From assembly GCA_963713855.1 (NCBI GenBank), contig OY970209.1, positions 384,001-448,000 of the forward strand: a stretch of 64,000 bases of DNA, given 5' to 3'. This DNA is from an uncultured bacterium. GTDB taxonomy: Bacteria; Babelota; Babeliae; Babelales; Babelaceae. A program made the position numbers and the translations under genes. Each line of letters starts with the position of its first letter. The first letter of the stretch is position 1. Positions 29,172 through 39,159 of the stretch are shown here, piece by piece. Under the pieces are notes generated by a model. That model saw nothing but the letters and a program-made list of their open reading frames with translations, made no database searches and had not been told where the DNA came from.

Positions 29172-30563
29172 ATGAAGAAGCTCTTTTTTGCAATTCTTTT
29201 TAGCTTTTTTGTCCCTACTCGGGTTTCATTTGGAGCATCTTTGCCCCAATTCAAAGATACTATAGATTCTTATAAAGAAATAGCTGGAAGTAATTTCATA
29301 GATGAAATTAAGTTGCCCTGTAAAAGCTTACATCAAGCATGCGGTCAACACAGTCAAGCAAAGCCTAAAAAAAAGATACTTATTGCCTGGAGTAAGGGTG
29401 GCGGGGCACATAAATCGATGCTTGATGCCCTTCGGGAATACTTGTGCGATGAATATGAGGTTATAGCTTTTAATCCTTTAGAGCGAATATGGACACGTTT
29501 TGATTTAATACGTTCTTGTTCCTGTGGGTACATGGATGGTGAGGATTTTTACAATTCTCTTTTAGCAAACGATTATCGTTGGATTATCAATAAAATATTC
29601 TTCTGCGGCACCGGTTCTATGAGGAGGCATACAAAATACATCGAAGATCAGCTTGAACTTTGCTTTCGTAAAGAAAGGCCAGATCTTATCATATCGGTCA
29701 TTCCCATCATGAATTACGCACTTAATGAGGTTGGAAGAAGGCTTCACATCCCGTTCTTGATGATTGCCCCCGATTGTGATACGACTCACTATCTTAATAA
29801 TCTGTATCCGACGCGTCCCTTTTACGCCACTCTTCCTTTTAAGGATGACCTTTTACGACAAAAAGCGAATGCCTCTTGGATTGAGGATCATTTTATCAAA
29901 GAATACGGTTTTCCCTTAAGAAAGAATTTTTTTGAACCGAAGAATAAGAAGGCCATTATTGAAAAGTTCGGGTTTCCAGAGGATGCTCCTCGCGTAATGC
30001 TTCTTAATGGAGCGACAGGCTCTTCTAAAGCTTTAAAATGCCTTAAACATCTTGCTAAAATAGATCGAAGGCTTCACTTAATTATTTGTATTGGAAAGAG
30101 TAAGCATTTAAAGCCTAAAATTCAAGAGCTTAAGTTTCCCGCTAACATAACGTATTCCATTATCGGATTTACAAAAAGGATTCCTGATTTAATGGCCGTG
30201 TCAGATATGCTTATCAGTAAGGAGGGAGCATCGACGGTGTGCGAGGCTGTTCATATGGAGCTACCCCTTATCCTTGACCATGTGTCAGAGCCTCTAGAGA
30301 TTGAGCGGTTACAGCCGGTATTCGTGCAAAGAAATAAGCTTGGCGAGCTTTTGACATGCTATGAAGATCTTCCACGTATTATACATAAACTACTTGATGA
30401 TACAGCATATGTTGCCGGTATACGAGCGCGTATGAAAGCGTTTAGTAACATGACGTTTCCCGAGCGACTAAAAACGCTTATTGAACACATACTTTCACAG
30501 TCGGCTCAAAAAAAATATACCCCTGAAGGAATTAATCCTGGCATGCGGTGGCTTAGGCCATAA
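29172..30563 (+). CDS. MGDG synthase-like glycosyltransferase (GT28) with signal-like N-terminus
   Basis: GGGAH, PDLIISVIP, GFPLR, GFT...LMAVSD...SK.G..T..EA motifs. Confidence 0.8.
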   Translation: MKKLFFAILFSFFVPTRVSFGASLPQFKDTIDSYKEIAGSNFIDEIKLPCKSLHQACGQHSQAKPKKKILIAWSKGGGAHKSMLDALREYLCDEYEVIAFNPLERIWTRFDLIRSCSCGYMDGEDFYNSLLANDYRWIINKIFFCGTGSMRRHTKYIEDQLELCFRKERPDLIISVIPIMNYALNEVGRRLHIPFLMIAPDCDTTHYLNNLYPTRPFYATLPFKDDLLRQKANASWIEDHFIKEYGFPLRKNFFEPKNKKAIIEKFGFPEDAPRVMLLNGATGSSKALKCLKHLAKIDRRLHLIICIGKSKHLKPKIQELKFPANITYSIIGFTKRIPDLMAVSDMLISKEGASTVCEAVHMELPLILDHVSEPLEIERLQPVFVQRNKLGELLTCYEDLPRIIHKLLDDTAYVAGIRARMKAFSNMTFPERLKTLIEHILSQSAQKKYTPEGINPGMRWLRP

Positions 30564-32067
30564 GTATTTCATAGGCGTTTAAATGAGCCTCTTCATTTGT
30601 TATGAACATCATCTTCGTCTTATATATTTTTTCAAGCTCAAGAATTGCGTTATATTCGGTGGAAGTGATGTAGTGAAGAATTGAAGGATGAACAGCTAGC
30701 GTGACGTATGCAGGCTCATAACCCTGATTTCTGTCAAGCTGCTCTTTAAGTTTACGTAAAAGAGCAAAACTTTCGGTTTGTACGGATTTGGTAAAGCCAA
30801 GCCCTCTGCAGGTGTGACAGACTTCGGTCATCTGCTGAATAAGTGTCTTTCCTGATCGTTTACGTGTCATTTGGACCAAGCCAAACTCTGATACTTTAAG
30901 CACAACAGATTGGAATTTGTCGTGCTCTTTGAGGGTTTTTTCTAAAAAGCGATACAGTTTTTGCCTGTGGGACGAAGAAGCCATGTCTATAAAGTCAATG
31001 ACTATAAGACCGCCAATATTCCGGAGTCTCAACTGCCGAACTATTTCTTCGGCTGCTTCAAGGTTAGTTTTTAAAATAGTTTCTTCTAAACGAGATTGGC
31101 CAGTGTATCGTCCTGTGTTGACATCAATAACGGTCATCGCTTCCGTGGTCTCTATAATGAGTGAACCACCGGATTTTAAATATACTTTTTTCTCAAGTGC
31201 TTGGCCGATCTGCTTTTCTAAATCGAATTTTTCAAAAAGCGATGTGGGCCCTTCGTAAAGCCTGACCTTAGAAGCATGCTCAGGGGCTATTCGTTTTACA
31301 AAGCGATAGACATGATTTTGAGATTCTTGTGTGTCACATAGAACAAGCTCAACGTCATCATCAAGATTGTCTCTAATGACTTGCAGTACAAGATCGATAT
31401 CTTCGTAGAGCTTTTTACCGGGCTCAGATTCTTTGTAACGTGTCAAAATAGTGTCCCAGGTATCAAGAAGATAAGAAAGATCCTGTGAGATTTCGCGTTC
31501 AGTTTTTTGATCTGAACTTGTTCGTATAATAGCTCCCATGCCTTCTGGTAGCTGCTTTGCTACAAGCTCCTTAAGTCGGTGACGCTCTTCCCTGTCTTCA
31601 ATTTTTTTACTTATACCAATGCGAGGAATGTTAGGCATCAGCACAATAAACCGACCAGGTAGCGTAAAGCATGTAGTAAGCTTTGCGCCTTTTTCATAGA
31701 CGGGTTCCTTGCTTACTTGAACGAGAATGCTCTCTTTTTCTTTAAGTATCTTGCTTATATCAAGCTCTCTTCTAACCGGCTCAGGTTTTTCTTCGGCTTC
31801 CTCTATTTCCTCGAGTTGCTCATTCATGCGCTTGATTGCAAGTTCTCGGTCGATCTCTGAAATATGTAAAAAACCCGCTTTTTCTTGGCCTATATCAACA
31901 AACGCAGTTTGTATACCCGGGAGAACTTTAGAGACAATCCCTTTAAAGTAAGATCGCTCAAGTCCACTGGAGGTATGAGTACGAAAATAGAGGTTTTCTA
32001 GTTTATCGTTATCGGTAAGGGCAATCCGTGTTTGCCAAAGATTGTCGTTAATTAAAATTTTTTTCAT
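30553..32067 (-). CDS. rng: Ribonuclease G/E family
   Basis: VLPGIQTAFVDIG, VQVSKEP, IDVNTG, QLRLRNIGGLIVIDFIDM. Confidence 0.93.
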   Translation of the reverse strand: MKKILINDNLWQTRIALTDNDKLENLYFRTHTSSGLERSYFKGIVSKVLPGIQTAFVDIGQEKAGFLHISEIDRELAIKRMNEQLEEIEEAEEKPEPVRRELDISKILKEKESILVQVSKEPVYEKGAKLTTCFTLPGRFIVLMPNIPRIGISKKIEDREERHRLKELVAKQLPEGMGAIIRTSSDQKTEREISQDLSYLLDTWDTILTRYKESEPGKKLYEDIDLVLQVIRDNLDDDVELVLCDTQESQNHVYRFVKRIAPEHASKVRLYEGPTSLFEKFDLEKQIGQALEKKVYLKSGGSLIIETTEAMTVIDVNTGRYTGQSRLEETILKTNLEAAEEIVRQLRLRNIGGLIVIDFIDMASSSHRQKLYRFLEKTLKEHDKFQSVVLKVSEFGLVQMTRKRSGKTLIQQMTEVCHTCRGLGFTKSVQTESFALLRKLKEQLDRNQGYEPAYVTLAVHPSILHYITSTEYNAILELEKIYKTKMMFITNEEAHLNAYEILMA

Positions 32068-32217
32068 AATCTGTCAGATGTTATCGCATTGCAAATTTGT
32101 ATTCGTATACTACTAGCATACCGTATATCTACCACAATAAGTAGAAAATTAAAAAAAATTGTGTTAAAGTGCCTCATGCATAAGAATGTCTACCCCAACC
32201 ATACCGGAGATAGTTGC

Positions 32218-32928
32218 ATGGAAAAAAGATTTCTTCTGGCCGGGTTAGCAATGTTAGCTATTCCTGGTTGTGGATGCCGCAATGAAAGAGGTCATGTAAG
32301 GCACATAATCTGCAAGGAAGAGCCAGCCTGTATCGAAACCTGTGCTAGACCAGACTCGTTGGAACAAAATGTAATGCCGGATCGAAAGTCACAAAGGTCT
32401 CAACCTGCCTCAGGTGAAGATATTGAAGGATTTGCATTTGAAGAGCCTGGCAACACTTTTAAGCTCCTCGATGAAACGGGTACTGCCCCAATGCCTGGTA
32501 CTCCAGAAGAACGCGAAGCGTGGTTTGATGAAAGAGCTGAGGCTGCTCAGAAACACGGCTTTAAAACAATCTACTTTGGCTTTGCTGAGCACAATCTTCG
32601 AAAAGACCAAGAAGAAGCGCTCGAGCAAAATCTTAAAAAGATACATGCGGCCACAAAAAAAGGAACAGTCTTAGTTGAGGGCCATGCTTGTAGCTTTGGT
32701 GGTAATCGCGAGTATAATATACACCTTTCGCATGAGCGAGCAAAGGCAGTTAAGGATTTCCTCGTTGAGCGCGGTATACCTGAAGAAAAGCTTAAAGTGG
32801 TTGGTAGGGGCAACGACATGAAAATTGTTCGTGAAGGTGATTGCGAACAGCAAGCACCAAACCGTCGCGTTGAGTTTCATCTGTTAGGAGAGGGCCAAAA
32901 AGAGCCTATGGCTCAAGAGCCAGCTTAA
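32218..32928 (+). CDS. OmpA/Pal-like lipoprotein
   Basis: Lipobox-like IPGC after ATG 32218 (GGAG upstream); EGHA, YNIHLSHERA, NRRVEF. Confidence 0.85.
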   Translation: MEKRFLLAGLAMLAIPGCGCRNERGHVRHIICKEEPACIETCARPDSLEQNVMPDRKSQRSQPASGEDIEGFAFEEPGNTFKLLDETGTAPMPGTPEEREAWFDERAEAAQKHGFKTIYFGFAEHNLRKDQEEALEQNLKKIHAATKKGTVLVEGHACSFGGNREYNIHLSHERAKAVKDFLVERGIPEEKLKVVGRGNDMKIVREGDCEQQAPNRRVEFHLLGEGQKEPMAQEPA

Positions 32929-32942
32929 TAGCATTGCTTACC

Positions 32943-34049
32943 ATGTTTAGCACTTATAAAAAAAACAGAAGGAGAGCGTCAAAGCTCTCCTTCTGTTTTT
33001 TGAGTATATGCGCTGGTTTTTCTCAACTATTTCCCGGCGATTTTGCTAGTGCATTGAGAAAAAAAATCAAAAGAGACCCTCCGCCCTGGATGAGTGCGCA
33101 AATAGATACCGATTTAAGGCACTATAAAACTGGTATTACAAGAGCCGATATAGATGCTACCAAGTCTTCAATTATGTCTTATGCTCGTTGCAAGATAGGA
33201 GATAAGGGGATAACGATAGAAAGCAATGCCAAAAACGGTATTTCGCGCAATCGGCTAGATTTATTAAAAAGGGTCTTGCATAAGCTTCATAGGGCAGTAA
33301 AGCTTCCCAAACTCGATTTTTTAGTTGATCTTTTTGATGCGAGCGGATGTAAGGTAAAAAGAGCACCCGTTTTTTGTATCAGCAAGCATACCGACGATAC
33401 GCATGTAGTTCTAATGCCAGATTTCATAAAGTTTATGTGGGCTTCTACCTATATAAGTGACGTTTATCGGGGCAATAAGAGCTTTTCTTGGCATAGTAAA
33501 AAGCCACAAGCCTTGTGGCGGGGTTCGACGACTGGAGCGTTGGTTGATCATACGGATTTTGAACGTTTAAATCGTTCTAAATTGGTAGCACTTTCTCTTG
33601 AACATCCTAACCAGCTTAATGCACGTTTTTCTACAGTAACAAGGAATGATCGAAGGCTTGAAAAAATACTTAGGCAAAGGGGCATGTATAGCGATCATCT
33701 TTCTATGGCAGATCATCTTAAATATAAATATATACTCGCAGTTGACGGTAATACGTGGGCAAGTTCATATTTTTGGCAACTTTTTGGCAATTCTCTCATC
33801 TTAAAACAAGCCTCACCTTTTTCAGAGTGGTACCACGCAGCACTTAAAGCCTATACGCACTACGTGCCCTTTAATCGTGACCTGTCTGATCTTATAGAAC
33901 GTATTTCTTGGGCAAAAAAGAATGATAGAAAAGTGCGAGAGATAGTAAGGCAGGCTAACAACTTTGCTCGCTCGTATCTTAAAGAAGTAGATCTCTATTA
34001 CTATTTCTATCTGGCTCTGCGTGAGTACGAAAAGTTGCAGCGTTTCTAG
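32943..34049 (+). CDS. Glycosyltransferase family 90 (CAP10/KDELC-like)
   Basis: WRGSTTG, HLKYKYILAVDGN, EWYHAALKAYTHYVP motifs. Confidence 0.85.
   Translation: MFSTYKKNRRRASKLSFCFLSICAGFSQLFPGDFASALRKKIKRDPPPWMSAQIDTDLRHYKTGITRADIDATKSSIMSYARCKIGDKGITIESNAKNGISRNRLDLLKRVLHKLHRAVKLPKLDFLVDLFDASGCKVKRAPVFCISKHTDDTHVVLMPDFIKFMWASTYISDVYRGNKSFSWHSKKPQALWRGSTTGALVDHTDFERLNRSKLVALSLEHPNQLNARFSTVTRNDRRLEKILRQRGMYSDHLSMADHLKYKYILAVDGNTWASSYFWQLFGNSLILKQASPFSEWYHAALKAYTHYVPFNRDLSDLIERISWAKKNDRKVREIVRQANNFARSYLKEVDLYYYFYLALREYEKLQRF
32960..33001. terminator. Bidirectional intrinsic terminator after pal-like gene
   Basis: AAAAAACAGAAGGAGAGC-GTCAAA-GCTCTCCTTCTGTTTTTT. Confidence 0.8.
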
Positions 34050-34052
34050 GGA

Positions 34053-34306
34053 CTGTGCTCAAATAAAAATCAGGGAAAAATACGCCTACGCGGCTAGCGG
34101 CAGGACATTGTCCTGCACCTGTTGCTTCTTTTGCGTCTTACATAATTATTGTGTATGAGATAGACCGGTTCCGGTCTATCTCATTAGGCACATTTACCAG
34201 AAAAGGAAATCCCTTTCTGGTAAATTAAACAACCATAAAAAATTTAAGCAGGGTGTGGGTCAAGGGCGTCTGCCCTTGCGCCCGCCGCGTAGGCGTCTAT
34301 TTTCCT
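34053..34306 (+). repeat. Structured palindromic repeat, copy 2 (core 34084-34294)
   Basis: Same ends and hairpins as copy 1, with compensatory changes and a short internal deletion. Confidence 0.95.
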
Positions 34307-35685
34307 ACACAAAATTCTTTAAAAACCGTGTCCAAAGCCGCTTCGCTAATACTTTTTCCCGTAAGCTCAGTGCTTATTTCAAGAGCATTTTTAAGATGTA
34401 CCGAAACAAGCTCGTAATGAATGGTTCCGGACAGTAAATCGCAGATAATTTTTAGCTGTTCATCCAGAGCGGATAGCACTCTATGGTGGCGAGCATTAAG
34501 AAGGAAGGGAAGTTCTTGAGATTCCTTAAAAAGTTTTAGAACACATTGTTCGATGTGTTTTTCTATAAGCTCGGCATCTTTTTTTTGAATGCCAGAAACC
34601 TTTATTGCTGCTAATGTTGTAAAAGGGTCTTGCTTATATTCAGCTAAATCAGCTTTATTTTGCACAAGTATGCATTTATGGGGGTATTTATCGATAAGCG
34701 ACGTATACAAGATGCGCTCTTCGACCGTTAAGGGACGCGAGCCATCAAAGACAAGGAGGATACAATCAGCCTTTTGCGCTTCCGAAAGTGAACGCTGTAC
34801 CCCTTCTTGTTCAATCACGTCTTTCGTTTGCCGAATGCCGGCAGTGTCTATGAGTGTCCAAGAAGATCCTCTTACGCTTATGGTCGCTTCAACAGTATCT
34901 CTTGTTGTTCCTGGAAATTGGCTTACGATGGATCGGTTGTGGCCGATAAGATTGTTAAAGAGTGATGATTTGCCCGCGTTTACGGAGCCGATGAAGGCTA
35001 TGCGGATACCTTGACGTATTTGCTGATGCAGGTCAAATGTTTTTTTAAGATCGTGCACTCGTGTACGTATTTTTATAAGGTGCTCGTGTATGCGTGTACC
35101 AAATTCCTCTTCCTCATCAAGAAATTCAAAGCTTGCTTCACACCACGAAAGTGCTCTTAAAAGCTCCTCTTCGCATTCACGCACCCATCGCGAAAAGCTA
35201 CCTTCGAGCTGACAAAGTGATTTTTTAAGAGCTTGCTGCGTTTGAGCATGGATAAGCTCGTTAATCGCTTCTGCTTCCAGAAGATCTAATTTGCCATTGA
35301 AAAATGCTCTTTGAGAAAACTCTCCCTCTTGGGCAGGACGCGCTCCTTGCGCGATTGCAGCATCTAAAATAGCTTCAACAATATATTGATTGTTGTGACA
35401 GGTAATCTCGACCGTGTCTTGTCCGGTAAATGTGCGGGGAGCACGCATTATCGAAAACATCACCTGATCAATTGTGTTGCCGGATGTATCTTGTATAGCC
35501 CCAAAATGAATAGTATGGCTTTCGACCTGCGTTATGCTTTTTCGGGATGCAAGCACGCCTATAGCCCCTACAATACAACAAGCATCATTGCCTGATAAGC
35601 GTATAATGGCAAGAGCCCCACTGCCTTGTGGCGTAGCTTGGGCTATGATTGTTTGGTCATCGCGGCTCTGTAGCTTGTGTATCAT
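34297..35685 (-). CDS. mnmE: tRNA modification GTPase MnmE
   Basis: TIIAQATP, FTGQDTVEI, NAGKSS, GTTRD, DTAG, C-terminal FCVGK. Confidence 0.96.
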   Translation of the reverse strand: MIHKLQSRDDQTIIAQATPQGSGALAIIRLSGNDACCIVGAIGVLASRKSITQVESHTIHFGAIQDTSGNTIDQVMFSIMRAPRTFTGQDTVEITCHNNQYIVEAILDAAIAQGARPAQEGEFSQRAFFNGKLDLLEAEAINELIHAQTQQALKKSLCQLEGSFSRWVRECEEELLRALSWCEASFEFLDEEEEFGTRIHEHLIKIRTRVHDLKKTFDLHQQIRQGIRIAFIGSVNAGKSSLFNNLIGHNRSIVSQFPGTTRDTVEATISVRGSSWTLIDTAGIRQTKDVIEQEGVQRSLSEAQKADCILLVFDGSRPLTVEERILYTSLIDKYPHKCILVQNKADLAEYKQDPFTTLAAIKVSGIQKKDAELIEKHIEQCVLKLFKESQELPFLLNARHHRVLSALDEQLKIICDLLSGTIHYELVSVHLKNALEISTELTGKSISEAALDTVFKEFCVGK

Positions 35686-36286
35686 GAGCGATGTGGGTCA
35701 GTATAATTTTGTGCCCCTTAAATCCCGCCTTAAAGGCTTGCTTAAGGCTTTCAATGATAAGTGCCGCAAAGCTTGCTAGAAGCCTTTTTTCCTGGGCCTG
35801 TTGCTCGCACAGTGGTCTATTAAACATGATCCGGAGATAAAAATTTGAAGGCTCAATAGTAAATTGCACATTGTCTAAGTGCATGATGTTAAGTGTTTGC
35901 CTGACCCAGTCTTTGACAAAAGCTATGGTGGCATCATCCCAGAGTGTTTTGCGTTCTTTCCTTTCAGTAGCTTGTTTAGGAACAGCTTTTACCGGGGAAG
36001 GTCTTCGGGCTTCTGGGTGTGGCTCCGCATGTTTTGCAGCTTCGGACTGCTTCTGGTCTGCAGGTTTATGCACGGTCATTCTTTTAGGGTGCAATGCCTG
36101 GGGTTTTGATGCAGGGGTCACTTCAAAGTAAAGAGCTACCTTTGCTGATCGTATGGTAAACCCTAAGAAGTTTTTATGTGCTTCCTCTAAGACTTTTATA
36201 GTAAATTCTGCTGGTTTTCCAGCATTTTGCCAAGCTTGTTCTATTGCTTTGGCTATTGAAGAGGCTTCTTGCATAACAGATTTCAT
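35657..36286 (-). CDS. jag: Jag/KhpB N-terminal domain protein (short, no evident R3H)
   Basis: Jag_N-like start (KAIEQA...VLEEAHKNFLGF); directly upstream of mnmE. Confidence 0.65.
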   Translation of the reverse strand: MKSVMQEASSIAKAIEQAWQNAGKPAEFTIKVLEEAHKNFLGFTIRSAKVALYFEVTPASKPQALHPKRMTVHKPADQKQSEAAKHAEPHPEARRPSPVKAVPKQATERKERKTLWDDATIAFVKDWVRQTLNIMHLDNVQFTIEPSNFYLRIMFNRPLCEQQAQEKRLLASFAALIIESLKQAFKAGFKGHKIILTHIAHDTQATEPR

Positions 36287-36383
36287 ACCTAAATATTCCT
36301 TTTATGATAGTTGCTGTAAAGGCAGAACTATAAAGCAGATAAACTGGAAAAAGACACAGGCATCAAGAAACGCTCAGTATTAC

Positions 36384-36459
36384 TGGAGCGGGAAACGGGA
36401 TTTGAACCCGCGACCTTTGCCTTGGCAAGGCAACGCTCTGCCAACTGAGCTATTCCCGC
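36384..36459 (-). tRNA. tRNA-Gly(GCC)
   Basis: GCGGGAATAGCTCAGTTGGCAGAGCGTTGCCTTGCCAAGGCAAAGGTCGCGGGTTCAAATCCCGTTTCCCGCTCCA; cloverleaf with encoded CCA. Confidence 0.98.
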
Positions 36460-36471
36460 AACAACATCTTA

Positions 36472-36500
36472 ATAATAAGTAATTCTGCCATAGATGTCAA
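36472..36500 (-). promoter_or_regulatory. Promoter for tRNA-Gly
   Basis: TTGACA-17 bp-TATTAT on the minus strand. Confidence 0.7.
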
Positions 36501-36627
36501 ACCGCCAAGATCGTTTAAAAGGCCCCTTGCGTGCTTAAAAACATTAAGAAATTTCAAAGCAATTCTTTGATAACTTGTACATATCGGTTAAGCTGGTGCA
36601 GTGGTATTTATTTTTGGAGAGAAAAAT

Positions 36628-37236
36628 ATGATCGCGTATGTCGCGGGAACAATTCATGAAGCTCGCATTCAAAATGACTCCGTTCTTGCTGTAACAATTG
36701 TTGCACAATCGATAGGGTTTAGCATACAAATACCATCACGCGTGCCTGTCAAAATTGGGGGACTTTTGACCCTCGAGGTGTATACCCATTACACACAGGA
36801 GCACGGTACTCTATTATTTGGGTTTCAAACTACTGATGAAAAAGCCCTTTTTTCGCTTATTTTAAGCTGTTCCGGTATCGGGCCTAAGTTAGCTCTCGGT
36901 TTAGTTAACGCTTTCACACCAAGCACCTTCAAAGGGGCAATCATGAGTAACAATATCAAGCTCTTAAGTTCTGTCGATGGTGTAGGCGCCAAAAAAGCTG
37001 AAAGCATCATCATGCAGCTCAAGGACAAGGTTTCTAAGATGGCCGTAGCCCATGAAGTCGAAAATCCAGAATTACTGCGATTTAAACAATTGCATGACGC
37101 TTTTGGTGGGCTTGGTTACTCTCGCCTCGAGATTAATGACGTGCTTGAACATTTAAAAGGCGAAGATTTTCTCTTCAAAGCCCAATTTCCAGATCTTCTA
37201 CGAAAAGGACTCGCGTTTTTGTCCTCAAGAGCTTAG
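36628..37236 (+). CDS. ruvA: Holliday junction helicase subunit RuvA
   Basis: MIAYVAG start; LFGF; HhH motifs SGIGPKLAL and GVGAKKAESI. Confidence 0.93.
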   Translation: MIAYVAGTIHEARIQNDSVLAVTIVAQSIGFSIQIPSRVPVKIGGLLTLEVYTHYTQEHGTLLFGFQTTDEKALFSLILSCSGIGPKLALGLVNAFTPSTFKGAIMSNNIKLLSSVDGVGAKKAESIIMQLKDKVSKMAVAHEVENPELLRFKQLHDAFGGLGYSRLEINDVLEHLKGEDFLFKAQFPDLLRKGLAFLSSRA

Positions 37237-37514
37237 CTGATCGGCTTTTTAAAGGCCTTTCGAAGCTCTACCTTGGCTTTCTCTAGCCTTTTTTTATCAG
37301 CAGCTTTGAGTTTTTTGCCCGCTCTATTGATATAGAGGTTCAACATCGACATGGCTGACTGAAACTTAGTACCCTTCGTTCGAGAACTTTCATACACAGC
37401 TTTTTTTAGACCTTTGGCTATGCCTTCCGGATCTAGTGTAAAAATGCCCTCAGGAAGGTCCATAGCATTAGATGTGCGAGCAACTCGCTGAATCCACAAT
37501 GTTTTTTTATTCAT
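37233..37514 (-). CDS. DUF3175-like small basic protein
   Basis: SNAMDLPEGIFT and SAMSMLNLYINRAGKKL, recognised from memory of the family. Confidence 0.7.
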   Translation of the reverse strand: MNKKTLWIQRVARTSNAMDLPEGIFTLDPEGIAKGLKKAVYESSRTKGTKFQSAMSMLNLYINRAGKKLKAADKKRLEKAKVELRKAFKKPIS

Positions 37515-37687
37515 AACTTTTCCTTTTGGCTTAGGCTTTCTTTTAATTTAAAATAGACATAATATTGAAGTAAAGTATTTTATTTTGCTATCTTATTAAA
37601 AGAAAGGTTCTTCTTGAATAGAAATGCCTTCGTATTGGGCTTTGATAGCCTTTGAAAGATCTTAGAAAGAAAAAAAAGGAGATAGTA

Positions 37688-38038
37688 ATGAAAAAATTTT
37701 TAAGTTTAGCTTTTATCGGAGCTTTATTAAGCTCAGCGTCATTAGTTCGAGCAGTCGAGTTTGTATTTCATAATGACATGGATAAAGATGTAGTGCTTCA
37801 TCCAAACTATGATTCGACTCTTTGTACTACAAATCCGTTCAGAATTAACAAAAAATCATCCTACACTTTTGATGCCGGTAAGGCTTGTTACATGGTATTA
37901 AAATCTATAGATCTAACGGTGCCTGATAATCCTCACCTAATTGGTACTATAGATGACTTACCGCACGACATTTTTGGTAGTTATTCTATAACCATCAAAG
38001 AAGAAAACAACATGCTTACGGCAACTTTCAAGAAGTAA
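37688..38038 (+). CDS. Small exported protein, tandem paralog 1
   Basis: AAGGAG RBS; signal peptide; LTVPxNP and DLP motifs shared with the next two ORFs. Confidence 0.8.
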   Translation: MKKFLSLAFIGALLSSASLVRAVEFVFHNDMDKDVVLHPNYDSTLCTTNPFRINKKSSYTFDAGKACYMVLKSIDLTVPDNPHLIGTIDDLPHDIFGSYSITIKEENNMLTATFKK

Positions 38039-38192
38039 TGTTTTAAGTAGTTGAGTTAGGTCTATCTAGGCACTTTTTCGTTTTATCCGACCTTGATCTC
38101 TAATTTAAAAGGTGAGTTTGTAGTGTTGGATACTTGAGGGGTGAAGATATGACGGATTTAATTGGATCTAAACATACAAAAAGGAGATGGTA

Positions 38193-38555
38193 ATGAGTAA
38201 ATATGCCTTAGGTTTAGCTTTTATCGGAACTTTATTAGGCTCAGCGTCATTCGTTCAAGCTGACGATTTTACGTTTTACAACAAAACCGATAATGATGTA
38301 ATGGTTCATCCGAACTTCAGTTCGGACTATTGTAGTAATAATGCGCCGTCATTTATGGTGCCCAAAAAATCATCGCACCATTTTGATCCAGGGCAAACAG
38401 GGTGTTACCTATTATTAACATCCATGGACCTAACGGTTCCCGGTAATCCGCATCTTGTTGGCAACGTGCATGATTTACCCCGTGGTATGTTTGGCACCTA
38501 TTTTATATCGATTACTGAAGAGAACAACGCGCTTATTGGTAGTTTTAATAAGTAA
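38193..38555 (+). CDS. Small exported protein, tandem paralog 2
   Basis: AAGGAG RBS; signal peptide ending VQA; same motifs. Confidence 0.8.
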   Translation: MSKYALGLAFIGTLLGSASFVQADDFTFYNKTDNDVMVHPNFSSDYCSNNAPSFMVPKKSSHHFDPGQTGCYLLLTSMDLTVPGNPHLVGNVHDLPRGMFGTYFISITEENNALIGSFNK

Positions 38556-38767
38556 TATTTTAAATGGCTGAGTAGGCAGCTATTCAGCCGCTTCTTACTT
38601 TTTATCGACCTAGATCTGCGGTAAATAATTTGAAAGTTCATAGTGTTTGATATTTGAGAAGTTTGGAGGAAGATGATTTTTATTTAAGCCGCTTCTTTTG
38701 GCTTACCTTTCTGTTTAGTCGAAATAGAAATAATATTGAATTAAAATGTTTAAAGAAGGAGACGGCG

Positions 38768-39142
38768 ATGAATAACTATGCATTAAGTTTAGCTTTTATT
38801 GGAGTTTTATTAAGCTCGGTGTCTTTAGTTCAAGCGCGCGATATTGTGTTTTACAACCAAACCGATAAAGACGTGAAGGTTCGTCCGACCTACGACTCGG
38901 CTCGTTCGATGCACGACTTGTTGTATTGTAGCACGGTGCCATTTATAGTACCAAAAAAATCGTGGAAAGAGTTTCATGCAGGAAGTTGTTCCCAAGATCC
39001 GAAAGCCATATTTCTAACGGTGCCCGGCAATCCTCAGCTTTCTGGCTATGTACATGATTTACCACTAAGCAATTATGGCTCCCCCTATATAACCATTAAC
39101 GAGGAAAACAACGCAATTGCAGGTTACTCTGGTGTAACCTAG
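38768..39142 (+). CDS. Small exported protein, tandem paralog 3
   Basis: AAGGAG RBS; signal peptide ending VQA; same motifs. Confidence 0.8.
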   Translation: MNNYALSLAFIGVLLSSVSLVQARDIVFYNQTDKDVKVRPTYDSARSMHDLLYCSTVPFIVPKKSWKEFHAGSCSQDPKAIFLTVPGNPQLSGYVHDLPLSNYGSPYITINEENNAIAGYSGVT

Positions 39143-39159
39143 CTCCATTTTGATACCTT

